Positions 19,934 to 28,750 of a stretch of 64,000 nucleotides of DNA are shown piece by piece. The notes under the pieces were generated by a model that saw only the letters and a list, made by a program, of their open reading frames with translations, made no database searches and was not told the DNA's origin. A program made the position numbers and the translations under genes. The stretch's first letter is position 1; every line of letters starts with the position of its first letter. Source of the stretch: a bacterium (GTDB lineage Bacteria; Patescibacteriota; UBA1384; VFKW01); contig JAUSIS010000006.1 in assembly GCA_030647355.1 (NCBI GenBank), forward strand, positions 253,465-317,464. Direction: 5' to 3'.

Positions 19934-22900
19934 CTATTTAATAACTAAACTCATTACTTTTTCCGGACGGTATATCACTTTAACAATTTCCCTACCCTTA
20001 ATCCAATTGGCAATTACCGAATTCTTCCTAACAATATCCAGAACCTCTTCTTGGGTTGCCTTACTTCCAACCTCAACGACTCCTCTTAACTTCCCATTTA
20101 CCTGAACTGCAATTTTTACATAATCCAAAATCAAATATTTCGCATCAGCTTTGGGCCAAGTCTGATCTAATATACTCTCGGATCCACCTATCTTCTCCCA
20201 CAGCTCCTCAGCCAAATGAGGCGCAGCAGGGGACAGTAACTTCAAAAAAATACCAAACGAATCCTTAGATACTGTCTCTAAACTATCAATTTCATTATTA
20301 ATTTCCATAAGTTTTGCCACGTAAGTGTTTAAACGAAAATTTTCCAAATCATCTGTAACACTAACTATATATTTATTCAAATCAACTAAGAGATCCTTAG
20401 GGTCATCAATTCCTTCCTTAACCTTTCCAACATTCTTCCAAACGCGATTAAGAAAGCGAAAAACTCCCTGTAGACCGGCAACACTCCATGCAGATTCTTG
20501 ATCATATGGACCAATAAACATGATATAAGCTCTCATTGTATCAGCCCCATATGTCGATACTATATCATCCGGAATAATTACATTCCCCCGCGACTTACTC
20601 ATCTTCTGACCATCAGGTCCAAGAATTATTCCGTGAGCAATTCTTTTTTGATACGGCTCCGAAGTAGGAACTTCTTTCAAATCATATAAAAATTTATGCC
20701 AAAATCGTGAATAAAGTAGGTGAAGCGTTGTATGCTCCATGCCACCATTATATAAATCCACCGGTAACCAATATTCTAACTCTTTCTTGAATTCATCAAA
20801 TACGTTAACCGTTCCATTTTTTTGCTTTTTTATTTTTTCTTTTTCCTTTCCGAGCATAATATATGCGAGGTAGTACCAAGAAGAACCAGCCCAATTCGGC
20901 ATTGTATCTGTCTCACGCCGCGCCGGCCCAGAGCATCTTGGACATTTTATGTCTACCCATTCACTAACTGCAGCAAGCGGGGATTCACCCGTATTACTGG
21001 GTTCATATTTTTTAACATCTGGCAATTCTAGAGGCAAATCAGATTCGTTCAATGGAATTATTCCGCATTTCTCACAATAAATAATTGGTATTGGCTCTCC
21101 CCAATAATGCTGTCGGGAAAAAACCCAGTCTCTTAATTTATAATTAACCGCAAAATCACCGTTACCATCCTTCTTTATTTTTTTTGTAATTGCCTCGATT
21201 GCTTCTTTGGAATATATTCCGCTAAATTCACCTGAATTAACTAACTTTCCATACCCGATATAAGCATAATTTTTCTTTGTATACCTCTCGAATCCAATCT
21301 TATTATAAGGGTGCGTAATTTTTTGCAATGCTTCATTTGCCGTCATCCACACTGCCTCATGCAACTCAAGTTCTTCCTTACTAACCTCCCGTGGAGTTTT
21401 GTCTCGTAGCTCACACAAAACCGGCTGATCGATTCGTGCTCGCCAGACTTGTTTATTTTCGGCATAGAAGTGAGATTCTATTTGCCCACCTAGCTCCTCA
21501 ACCGCTTTAACTTTATAGCCAGTCTCTTCGAAAACTTCACGCTCCACCGCTTGCATCGGCGTTTCATCCTTTTCCATTCCGCCGATAGAGGGAGCAAACC
21601 AATCAAATTTTTTCCATTTTACGATCAAATATTTGTCATCGCTTCTTCGATGCACTACCGCCGATACTGTCTTTCGGAATTCAGCTCCTTTATGTTCTTC
21701 GCCTTCAAAAGGAATAACCACTTCCTTAATCAGTAGATTATACTTCTTTGCAAACTCAAAATCTCTCTCATCGTGAGCCGGAACCGCCATGACAGCACCC
21801 GTACCATAAGTCGAAAGAACATAATCAGCCACCCACACATCTACTTCTTCGTTATTTATTGGATTGATCGCTTTTACACCCTCAAGCCTTATTCCGGTCT
21901 TTTCTTTCTGCAATTCCGTTCTCTCTAGATCCGACTTCTTCCCAGCATTTTCTATATATTTTTCTACTTCCTCAAGATTTGAGATTTGAGATTTGAGATT
22001 TGAGGTGTAATCGCTCTCAGGAGCGATTACTATATATGCGCAACCAAACAATGTATCTGCTCGTGTGGTAAACACACGGACTTTATCAACGCAAGCATCG
22101 AAAACAACCGGCTCGTGTGTCCCGCAAATATGCTCCTCATTGGCAACAAAATCCACAATTTTTGCATTTAATAAATTAGAAATTTTATCACCCTGCTCAA
22201 ACGGCACCGCATAATCATTACTCGCCCGCAGATATATAGTACTACCAGTATTCTTTTTAATCTTTTCAAAATCAAACTTCCAATCAAATGTTTTTTCAAA
22301 TGGTCGCTTATGATCCTTAAAAGTTGGTTCAATAAAACCGGCTGCCAAAATCAGCTTAGCTATCGGATGTTTCAATCTCTCCACTACTTTCATCGCAACA
22401 ACTGCCCCCAAACTATGCCCCAGAATAACCGAATTTTCATCTATCTTTATTTTATCCACAACAAAGTCTACCTGCTCATCAATCTTAGGGTTATTAGTTT
22501 CTGGAAGCTCCGGCGCTTGTACTTTATACCCTCGCCTTTCCAGTTCAGCTCGTAGCCAAGGAAAGAAATTATCTTTCGGCGATCCGGTAAACCCATGTAA
22601 AATAATAAAATTAGCATTTTGCTTCAATTCAAAATCAATATTCGTTCCCTTGGATTTGCCAATCCAATTAATTTGTTGCGTTTTGATTTTTTCTAAATAA
22701 TCAGTTTTATCCAAATCGTTAATCAACCTATCAGCATAAGCCGTAATCCGAAGCATCCATTGTTTTTGCATCTTCTTCGCTGTCGGTGATTCACATCTCT
22801 CACACCTACCAGCAATCACTTCCTCATTTGCTAAACCAATCTTACACGATGGACACCAGTTGATCGGCATCTCTGCTTGATACGCCAATCTAGGCGTCGT

Positions 22901-23461
22901 CCGGTCATCATCGGCTATTTCAACTAATTTTCCAGCTTGTCCCGAGCCGGTCGAAGGATCCACATAGCCATGTTTATAAAATTGCAAAAATATCCACTGT
23001 GTCCACTTATAATATTCTGGGTCGCTAGTATTTATCTCTCGATCCCAATCGAAAGAGTAGGCGAGTGTCTTCATTTGTTTTCTAAAAAAATCTGTATTTT
23101 CTTTTGTTACTAAAGCCGGTTTTTTACCTGTTTTAATAGCATAATTTTCTGTCGGCAACCCAAAAGCATCCCAACCAATCGGGAAAAGCACATTATAGCC
23201 CTGCATACGCTTCATACGGGTGTGCGCATCCGATGCTGTATAACCCATGCAATGACCAACATGCAGACCAGACCCGGAAGGGTAGGGGAATTCAATCAAA
23301 CTGTAGAATTTTGGTTTTTTGGCAAAATCTTCAGCGCTAGAAAGATTATTTTTCTCCCAAACTACTTGCCATTTTTTTTCTATATTCTTTGGGTCATATT
23401 TATTCATATCAAAATCCCACTTAGATACTAATATTGTACCTTTAAAATAACAGTTCTTCAA
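19934..23461 (-). CDS. leuS: Leucine--tRNA ligase with two inserted accessory domains: an alpha/beta serine hydrolase and a Nudix hydrolase
   Basis: HVGH, KMSKS (QKMSKSRGN), editing-domain TTRADTLFG and the Zn-binding WCPSC...CERC are all present. An extra ~170-aa block (about 22112-22615) carries IILHGFTGSP...LGHSLGAVV (G-x-S-x-G). An extra ~140-aa block (about 21257-21694) carries the Nudix box GGMEKDETPMQAVEREVFEETGY. Total 1175 aa against the usual ~820-880 aa. Confidence 0.9.
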   Translation of the reverse strand: MKNCYFKGTILVSKWDFDMNKYDPKNIEKKWQVVWEKNNLSSAEDFAKKPKFYSLIEFPYPSGSGLHVGHCMGYTASDAHTRMKRMQGYNVLFPIGWDAFGLPTENYAIKTGKKPALVTKENTDFFRKQMKTLAYSFDWDREINTSDPEYYKWTQWIFLQFYKHGYVDPSTGSGQAGKLVEIADDDRTTPRLAYQAEMPINWCPSCKIGLANEEVIAGRCERCESPTAKKMQKQWMLRITAYADRLINDLDKTDYLEKIKTQQINWIGKSKGTNIDFELKQNANFIILHGFTGSPKDNFFPWLRAELERRGYKVQAPELPETNNPKIDEQVDFVVDKIKIDENSVILGHSLGAVVAMKVVERLKHPIAKLILAAGFIEPTFKDHKRPFEKTFDWKFDFEKIKKNTGSTIYLRASNDYAVPFEQGDKISNLLNAKIVDFVANEEHICGTHEPVVFDACVDKVRVFTTRADTLFGCAYIVIAPESDYTSNLKSQISNLEEVEKYIENAGKKSDLERTELQKEKTGIRLEGVKAINPINNEEVDVWVADYVLSTYGTGAVMAVPAHDERDFEFAKKYNLLIKEVVIPFEGEEHKGAEFRKTVSAVVHRRSDDKYLIVKWKKFDWFAPSIGGMEKDETPMQAVEREVFEETGYKVKAVEELGGQIESHFYAENKQVWRARIDQPVLCELRDKTPREVSKEELELHEAVWMTANEALQKITHPYNKIGFERYTKKNYAYIGYGKLVNSGEFSGIYSKEAIEAITKKIKKDGNGDFAVNYKLRDWVFSRQHYWGEPIPIIYCEKCGIIPLNESDLPLELPDVKKYEPSNTGESPLAAVSEWVDIKCPRCSGPARRETDTMPNWAGSSWYYLAYIMLGKEKEKIKKQKNGTVNVFDEFKKELEYWLPVDLYNGGMEHTTLHLLYSRFWHKFLYDLKEVPTSEPYQKRIAHGIILGPDGQKMSKSRGNVIIPDDIVSTYGADTMRAYIMFIGPYDQESAWSVAGLQGVFRFLNRVWKNVGKVKEGIDDPKDLLVDLNKYIVSVTDDLENFRLNTYVAKLMEINNEIDSLETVSKDSFGIFLKLLSPAAPHLAEELWEKIGGSESILDQTWPKADAKYLILDYVKIAVQVNGKLRGVVEVGSKATQEEVLDIVRKNSVIANWIKGREIVKVIYRPEKVMSLVIK
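21976..22003. repeat. Heptanucleotide tandem repeat (GATTTGA)x4 inside the leuS coding sequence
   Basis: Perfect 4-copy tandem seen directly. Encodes ...NLKSQISNLEE on the minus strand. Confidence 0.8.
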
Positions 23462-23477
23462 GATATTATTTCTTAGT

Positions 23478-24023
23478 TCAAATCTTCTTTTCCAAGATAA
23501 GGGCTGTCTTCAAAATTGCTGCCGTAGTCAATGCACAGACTATCTCTCCCGTTTTTATCATTTCTAACGCCTGCTCGATCGTGACTTTCTTAGCATTATC
23601 AATTGCTTCTTCTGCCATTTTATTATCTTCTGTCAATTGAAGTTCACGCGCCAGTATCACATGCATCACACAATCAGTTGTTCCATTCATTTCTTCATAT
23701 GTACCAATCTCCTGCCATTGCCTAGCTTTTAATCCTGCCTCTTCCCAAAGCTCCCGCTTAGCTGCCTCAATAATATCCTCACCATCCGTATTACCCCCGG
23801 GCAGTTCCCAGGAATACGAACCGGTAGGATAACGGTGTTGTCCTATTAGACAGAAACGCTCTTGGTCATCCATGGCCACAATATAAACATCATGACCCAT
23901 TTCAATGACTGAATATTTACCCTCTTTCCCATCTGGTCTAATAACCCTATCTTCCCTCACACTTATCCAGGGTGTCGTATATACCATTCTAGAATCCAAT
24001 TTCTTCCAAGGATTTTTTTTCAT
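23478..24023 (-). CDS. Nudix hydrolase (standalone)
   Basis: Nudix box ELPGGNTDGEDIIEAAKRELWEEAGL. Likely start at MKKNPWKK (24023). The longer track ORF, reaching 24149, reads through repeat R1. Confidence 0.7.
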   Translation of the reverse strand: MKKNPWKKLDSRMVYTTPWISVREDRVIRPDGKEGKYSVIEMGHDVYIVAMDDQERFCLIGQHRYPTGSYSWELPGGNTDGEDIIEAAKRELWEEAGLKARQWQEIGTYEEMNGTTDCVMHVILARELQLTEDNKMAEEAIDNAKKVTIEQALEMIKTGEIVCALTTAAILKTALILEKKI

Positions 24024-24040
24024 TTGACTCCTAGCGAAAT

Positions 24041-24140
24041 TCGGTATGGTGGACCAGAACCTGAAAACATGGAACTCCCTATTCGACATAATCCTTGACT
24101 GGGCCCAGGATTTAAAGGGTATATACGATAGTATTGATAG
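24041..24140 (-). repeat. Repeat R1: tRNA-3'-end-like element, first of three copies of a conserved ~100-150 nt repeat
   Basis: The core TGGTGGACC (rc GGTCCACCA) and a GGAGTTCC stretch resemble the T-arm/acceptor/CCA of tRNA-Ala(GGC) at 49227. Aligns with R2 and R3 over about 100 nt. Confidence 0.55.
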
Positions 24141-24267
24141 TGAAGCCAAGTTAGAACCTTGACAATTTTTGTTTTGTAAGAAAAAGCGGGGGTAGTATAG
24201 GTTTTTGCCCGTGCTACTCCCGCCAGTGATGTCTGCGCTTCTAGATCGTCTATACCAGCCTGATTCG

Positions 24268-24531
24268 CTACTCAGAGTCAGGGAATACCTTTTCTCCCAA
24301 AGAGCCGTCTGGCCTCACCTTATGAACATCAGCCAGTTTGCCCGGCCCCTTGGATATCCCAACCACGGTGTCAAGTTCCTCGCTGTGGCCCTTGACAGTG
24401 GGTCCCTGAAATCCATGCTCCCCAAGCACCGAGCCGATAAGACCCGTAGCCGCATTGAGAGCATTCTGATCCATAGGGTCGCCTTTTGGACACTTCCCTT
24501 TCCGAGATAAGAAATTCAGCTTAACCATCAA
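24268..24531 (-). CDS. Hypothetical small ORF in a GC-rich (about 55%) segment. Coding status is ambiguous; a 101-aa plus-strand ORF at 24205-24510 overlaps it.
   Basis: Atypical GC content and overlapping ORFs on both strands. Possibly a gene remnant. Confidence 0.2.
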   Translation of the reverse strand: MMVKLNFLSRKGKCPKGDPMDQNALNAATGLIGSVLGEHGFQGPTVKGHSEELDTVVGISKGPGKLADVHKVRPDGSLGEKVFPDSE

Positions 24532-24702
24532 TCCACCTCCTCTCAGTGCAGTAATTAAATCTGAAATTCCGGATTTTCAACAACACAATGTTTTTTTATG
24601 ACTGTGGATCTCAATCTCAACGAATATTTTACCATATAACTGGCTAAATCGCAATACTGTGTAATGAGGTCGTTTACAATGAAAAGTTACAAAAGACAAA
24701 TA

Positions 24703-24850
24703 GGTATATACGAAAAAAGCAGGCCTAAACCTGTTATTTTCATGGTGGACCCAGACGATTTTTTTTTTGGAACCCCTTCTATGATGTGATCCTAGAGTGG
24801 GCACCTATATTAAAGCAAATATACGAAACTCAAGATAATGATACTAATTC
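24703..24850 (-). repeat. Repeat R2: second copy of the tRNA-3'-like repeat
   Basis: Shares GGTATATACGAAAAA..CAGGCCTAAACCTGTTATTTT..TGGTGGACC...ATCCTAGAGTGGGC with R3, and its core with R1. Confidence 0.55.
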
Positions 24851-24968
24851 CAGACATTCACCAAAAGAGGTCTAGGATTTTATGTACCTTAAAATATAAA
24901 AAAACTCCCTGCGATAAGTCTTGCTCGCAAGGAGGGTGTAAATGAGCTATCGCTCAGCTCTGTCCATG

Positions 24969-25727
24969 TCAAGGCGTTATGAGTACTAGGTACTCGTCGG
25001 CCTTGGGCAACCAGTGCTTATACCATTCCTCAGATTGCCCTATGGGCTTATGTGCCTCAATTACCGTGCGGGCTCCGAACCTGTCCTTTCCTGGCTCAGG
25101 CAGGACACCCGGCCCAACCACGATGCCTCCTTGTTTCCACCTGCCAATGCAGTACGCCTCGCTACCGGCAAACGACTTTTTGCCAAATAGTTTTGCGCTT
25201 AGCACCAGCTCCTTGTCCGCGACGTATAGACCAAATTCTCCACCCCGGCTTATGCACTCGACCAGCTTTGACGGGTCGCTTTTGCAGAAAACATAGATAG
25301 CAACCGCGTGGCTAGTCGGAGTGGAAGTCGCGTAAGCAAAGTTGGACTTCTCCTCTGGGTGGGCGATCCAGAGGAACTGATTGGCTCGATTCTCCAGAGC
25401 TTCCGCTCTCGCATGGAGTTTTTCATATGCGAGGTAGGCGATTGCTTGCCTGCGGGTTTCACAGTGGCAACTCTCCATGGCATACTTGATTCCGATTTCC
25501 AACCAATGCTTTGTGATAGCCGACAGGATAGCTCTAAAGTCCTCTGGAAGCTCCCTTTCCGACTCGGGGAGATCTCGCCACAAAGGTGGCTTTGGCCCAC
25601 GGATAGGTTTCCTACCTACCCAAGGCGCTATTTGGTCATCTTCTCGACGAGTAACAGGACCGGATGCGTCAAAAGCCCTTTGGAGAGTGTCGAGGTCAAT
25701 TTTGTCCAATCTCGACAATACTCTCAC
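24969..25727 (-). CDS. Hypothetical protein in a GC-rich (about 57%) foreign segment
   Basis: 252-aa ORF with uniform codon usage unlike the host. Flanked by R2 and R3. No motif recognised. Confidence 0.45.
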   Translation of the reverse strand: MRVLSRLDKIDLDTLQRAFDASGPVTRREDDQIAPWVGRKPIRGPKPPLWRDLPESERELPEDFRAILSAITKHWLEIGIKYAMESCHCETRRQAIAYLAYEKLHARAEALENRANQFLWIAHPEEKSNFAYATSTPTSHAVAIYVFCKSDPSKLVECISRGGEFGLYVADKELVLSAKLFGKKSFAGSEAYCIGRWKQGGIVVGPGVLPEPGKDRFGARTVIEAHKPIGQSEEWYKHWLPKADEYLVLITP

Positions 25728-25850
25728 CTCCCTTCATAACAGATTTTCTCAGCCAAACTACCGGGTATATTATACATAAAATATTAAGTTTTAGCAATAC
25801 TATCAAACACCAAAGGAGAGTATGTTCCAAAAGAGTTCCAAATCCGCTCG

Positions 25851-25995
25851 GGTATATACAAAAATAGACAGGCCTAAACCTGTTATTTTTGTGGTGGACC
25901 GCAACCCTGAATCATGGAACTCTTTTTTCGATGTTATCCTAGACTGGGCCCCTAAGTTAAAACAAATATATAAACAAGATAACAAACTAGACAAT
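25851..25995 (-). repeat. Repeat R3: third copy of the tRNA-3'-like repeat
   Basis: See R1 and R2. TGTGGTGGACC is identical to the 11 nt at the tRNA-Ala(GGC) 3' end. Confidence 0.55.
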
Positions 25996-25997
25996 AG

Positions 25998-26213
25998 TTA
26001 GGAGATGTCTAGTGATTTTATATTTAATGCCTTTAAAACACGCTGCAGTTTCTCATACGAAATGCTCTTCTCGCCCCGCTCGACTATCGCATAATAGTTA
26101 GCATTGATGCCCGCTTTCTCGGCCAACTCTGATTGGGTAAGACTAGCATTCTCCCTTGCGTCCTTCAGCCGTTTGCCAAGTCTTATAGAAACATTTTCAT
26201 CTTTGCTATTCAT
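25998..26213 (-). CDS. XRE-family helix-turn-helix transcriptional regulator
   Basis: IRLGKRLKDARENASLTQSELAEKAGINANYYAIVERGEKSISYEKLQRVLKAL is a classic HTH_XRE. Confidence 0.7.
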   Translation of the reverse strand: MNSKDENVSIRLGKRLKDARENASLTQSELAEKAGINANYYAIVERGEKSISYEKLQRVLKALNIKSLDIS

Positions 26214-26287
26214 ATAAGCATAATATAACAAATTTAGTCACAAATTTCCAGATACCTTACCTATATTAAATAACAACAAGGAGGAAT

Positions 26288-27016
26288 ATGCCAACACAAA
26301 CGCCATCGTTCAAAAACTATCTAAAGCGCCGACAAGCAATAATTGACACCGAAACCAAGCAACAAGAAGAACCGAAAGCTCTGGCACTATTCAACGAGAA
26401 GACTTTTTACCGCTCTTTCTTGAAAGATATGATTGAAGCTGAAAAAGAAGTTATTATTTACAGCCCGTTTATAAGTAAATTCAGATCGGACTTCTTCAGA
26501 GATACATTCAAAAAACTCAGGCGGAGAAACATAGATGTCTTTATCTTTACCCGCCCGCTTGATGAACATGAATACTTTATGAGATCGGAAATTAAGAGCG
26601 CTTTAAGTGATTATGAGGAGATGGGAGCATGTATCTTCTATCTCCCCGGGTCGATTCATGAAAAAGTGGCAATAATAGATAGGGAAATACTCTGGGAAGG
26701 GAGCTTAAATATCCTTTCGCAGAGAACCAGTCGTGAACTGATGAGAAGGACATCAGACGAAGAATCGGCAAAACAAGTTATGGCCCACTTGGGGCTAAAC
26801 AAGAATCTGGTTGAAGGATATAAAGACAAATATGAGAGAATGTATAGGAGTCTGGTCGCCAACGCAAAAGACGATCGCATGAAAAAAGCCCGGCTATTTG
26901 TTACCGGCGTGCTCCTCCCAATTCTCACTTGGTGGCTATTTTTCAACTTTAAGGTTATGATAGTAGCGCTGAAAGGTGTTAAATTAATAATAAGCTTTAT
27001 AAGATCATATCATTAG
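26288..27016 (+). CDS. Phospholipase D-family (HKD) nuclease-like protein with a C-terminal TM helix
   Basis: HKD motif HEKVAIIDREILWEGSLN (H-x-K-x4-D). RBS AAGGAGG. Hydrophobic C-terminus. Confidence 0.55.
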   Translation: MPTQTPSFKNYLKRRQAIIDTETKQQEEPKALALFNEKTFYRSFLKDMIEAEKEVIIYSPFISKFRSDFFRDTFKKLRRRNIDVFIFTRPLDEHEYFMRSEIKSALSDYEEMGACIFYLPGSIHEKVAIIDREILWEGSLNILSQRTSRELMRRTSDEESAKQVMAHLGLNKNLVEGYKDKYERMYRSLVANAKDDRMKKARLFVTGVLLPILTWWLFFNFKVMIVALKGVKLIISFIRSYH

Positions 27017-27024
27017 GAGTAATT

Positions 27025-27387
27025 ATGAATAAAGATAAATTTATACCCCAAATTCCTGAACCGACAGAGGAGGAAATCAAGCAAGCCATTTCGAAACTTA
27101 AGAAAAAGTATGACATTGCAATTCCCCAATCTGACGCCAAAGAGTATGTTAAGCTAACCAACGAGTTAGGATGGTGGTTAACTACGGAAAAAGCATATCT
27201 CTCAGATGAATGCATAACTGAAGATATAGCTAAAGAAGTTCAAGTGTTTGTTAAAAAGACACAAGGGAAAGATATCTCGTTAAAAGAAGCTCATATAGAA
27301 GCTGAGAAATCGTTAATATATGCGGTACCCCATGAGAAAGATCGTATTGCCAACGAAATTAGAGCTTTGATTGCTAAATATAAATAG
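27025..27387 (+). CDS. Hypothetical protein
   Basis: 120-aa ORF with RBS AGGAG. No recognised domain. Confidence 0.35.
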   Translation: MNKDKFIPQIPEPTEEEIKQAISKLKKKYDIAIPQSDAKEYVKLTNELGWWLTTEKAYLSDECITEDIAKEVQVFVKKTQGKDISLKEAHIEAEKSLIYAVPHEKDRIANEIRALIAKYK

Positions 27388-27388
27388 C

Positions 27389-27802
27389 TCAACTTAAAGC
27401 AGATTTTATTTTGTCTACAAATTCTTGAATATTACGCCCTTTTTGTTTTTCGATATCTTTTTGCCAAAATCTCAAAACCTTCCATCCTTCTTCGCGTAAT
27501 ATGTTGTTTACTTTTTGATCTCTTTTGATATTTTGCATAATTTTTTCACACCAAAACATAGAATATTTTTCTTTTTCACTTTCGAAATTTCTGCCGTGCC
27601 ACCAATCGCCGTCTACGAAAACGGCAATCTTTTTCTTAAAAAATATGATGTCTGGCTTCCCGTGCACCCGCTTGTCATGAATTCTGTATCTTAGTCCCTT
27701 TGCAAAAGAAGCCCGTCTTAAAATAAGCTCGGCCCTGGTATTTTTTGAGCGAATCTTGGACATAATCTCGCTTCGCTTTTGTTTTGAAAATATATCTGTC
27801 AT
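27389..27802 (-). CDS. vsr: Very-short-patch-repair endonuclease (T:G mismatch endonuclease)
   Basis: Vsr signature SEIMSKIRSKNTRAE...GLRYRIH...GKPDIIFFKKKIAVFVDGDWWHG. The longer track ORF to 28264 runs antisense into the methyltransferase gene. Confidence 0.8.
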   Translation of the reverse strand: MTDIFSKQKRSEIMSKIRSKNTRAELILRRASFAKGLRYRIHDKRVHGKPDIIFFKKKIAVFVDGDWWHGRNFESEKEKYSMFWCEKIMQNIKRDQKVNNILREEGWKVLRFWQKDIEKQKGRNIQEFVDKIKSALS

Positions 27803-27865
27803 TCTCGATTTCCTATTACGCACAAATTGTAGTATATTATCCTTATAAATTAAAGCAAACAATTT

Positions 27866-28750
27866 ATGAAAAAAAGCAAAGAAAACAAGTACAAGTTTAT
27901 CGATCTCTTCGCTGGAATAGGCGGATTTCATTTGGCTTTTCACAATCTTGGGGCCGAATGCGTTTTTGTTTCGGAATGGGATAGCCCTGCCAGAAAAACA
28001 TATCAAACAAATTTTGAAAAGATCTCCCCGAAGGTATTTAAAAACGGAAATTTCGCAGGAGACATTATGGCTATCGATCCAAAAGATATGCCGGATTTTG
28101 ATATCCTCACAGGAGGATTTCCCTGCCAACCTTTCAGTCAGGCGGGAAAAAAGAAAGGTTTCGAAGAAGCGAGAGGGACCATGTTCTTCAAGATTGCCGA
28201 GATCATCAAGGCAAAACAGCCGAAAGCTTTTTTTATCGAAAACGTCAGACATTTTATGAAACATAATAACGGGGAAACTTTTAAGACGGTTAAAAGAATT
28301 ATTGAGAAAGATCTAGGATATTCCTTTTTCCCTCAAATTATTAAGGCATCGGATTACGGACTGCCTACTCACCGACCCAGACTTTACATGGTAGGTTTCA
28401 AAGATAAAAGTATAAAATTCGATTTTCCCGAGACTAAACCGCTTTCTTTAACGATGTCGGATATTTTCGGCGGTGAATGCAATAAAAAGATCGGTTATAC
28501 TCTAAGGGTGGGAGGGAGACATTCCGGGCTTGCCGACAGAAGAAATTGGGATACTTATCTGGTAGACGGGAAAGTCAGAAGAATTTCGATTGAAGAAGGA
28601 AGAAAGATTATGGGGTTCCCTCAAAATTTTCTTTTCCCTGTATCTGAAACCCAGGCGATGAAACAGCTCGGTAACAGCGTTGCCGTAACTGCAATTCAAG
28701 CAACTGCGGAGAAAATTCTTGATGCATTAAAAGAAAGTGAGAAAAAATGA
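27866..28750 (+). CDS. DNA (cytosine-5)-methyltransferase (small, short target-recognition domain)
   Basis: Motifs I FAGIGGF, IV GGFPCQPFS, VI FIENVRHF, VIII QIIKASDYGLPTHRPR, X GNSVAV. Confidence 0.85.
   Translation: MKKSKENKYKFIDLFAGIGGFHLAFHNLGAECVFVSEWDSPARKTYQTNFEKISPKVFKNGNFAGDIMAIDPKDMPDFDILTGGFPCQPFSQAGKKKGFEEARGTMFFKIAEIIKAKQPKAFFIENVRHFMKHNNGETFKTVKRIIEKDLGYSFFPQIIKASDYGLPTHRPRLYMVGFKDKSIKFDFPETKPLSLTMSDIFGGECNKKIGYTLRVGGRHSGLADRRNWDTYLVDGKVRRISIEEGRKIMGFPQNFLFPVSETQAMKQLGNSVAVTAIQATAEKILDALKESEKK

Noticed and set aside
23478-24149. N-terminal extension of the Nudix ORF (MASLSILSYIPFKSW...)
   Set aside because: The extension is a read-through of repeat R1. The analogous frame through R3 gives a similar pseudo-peptide (ORF 25803-25994). 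The real start is likely MKKNPWKK at 24023.
24160-24215. tRNA-like start GCGGGGGTAGTATAGG...CTCCCGCCA
   Set aside because: Only an acceptor-like stem and a D-loop-like stretch are present, about 40 nt in total, with no anticodon or T arm. It is probably a fortuitous hairpin or a fragment and is not called as a tRNA.
24979-25867. Plus-strand ORFs of 67-143 aa overlapping the 252-aa GC-rich gene
   Set aside because: High GC produces open frames on all strands. Only the longest minus-strand ORF has a consistent start and is kept, and that at low confidence.
27389-28264. Long 291-aa form of the vsr ORF
   Set aside because: The N-terminal 150 codons run antisense through the start of the C5-methyltransferase gene and carry no Vsr motifs. 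The Vsr domain begins at the internal Met (27802).
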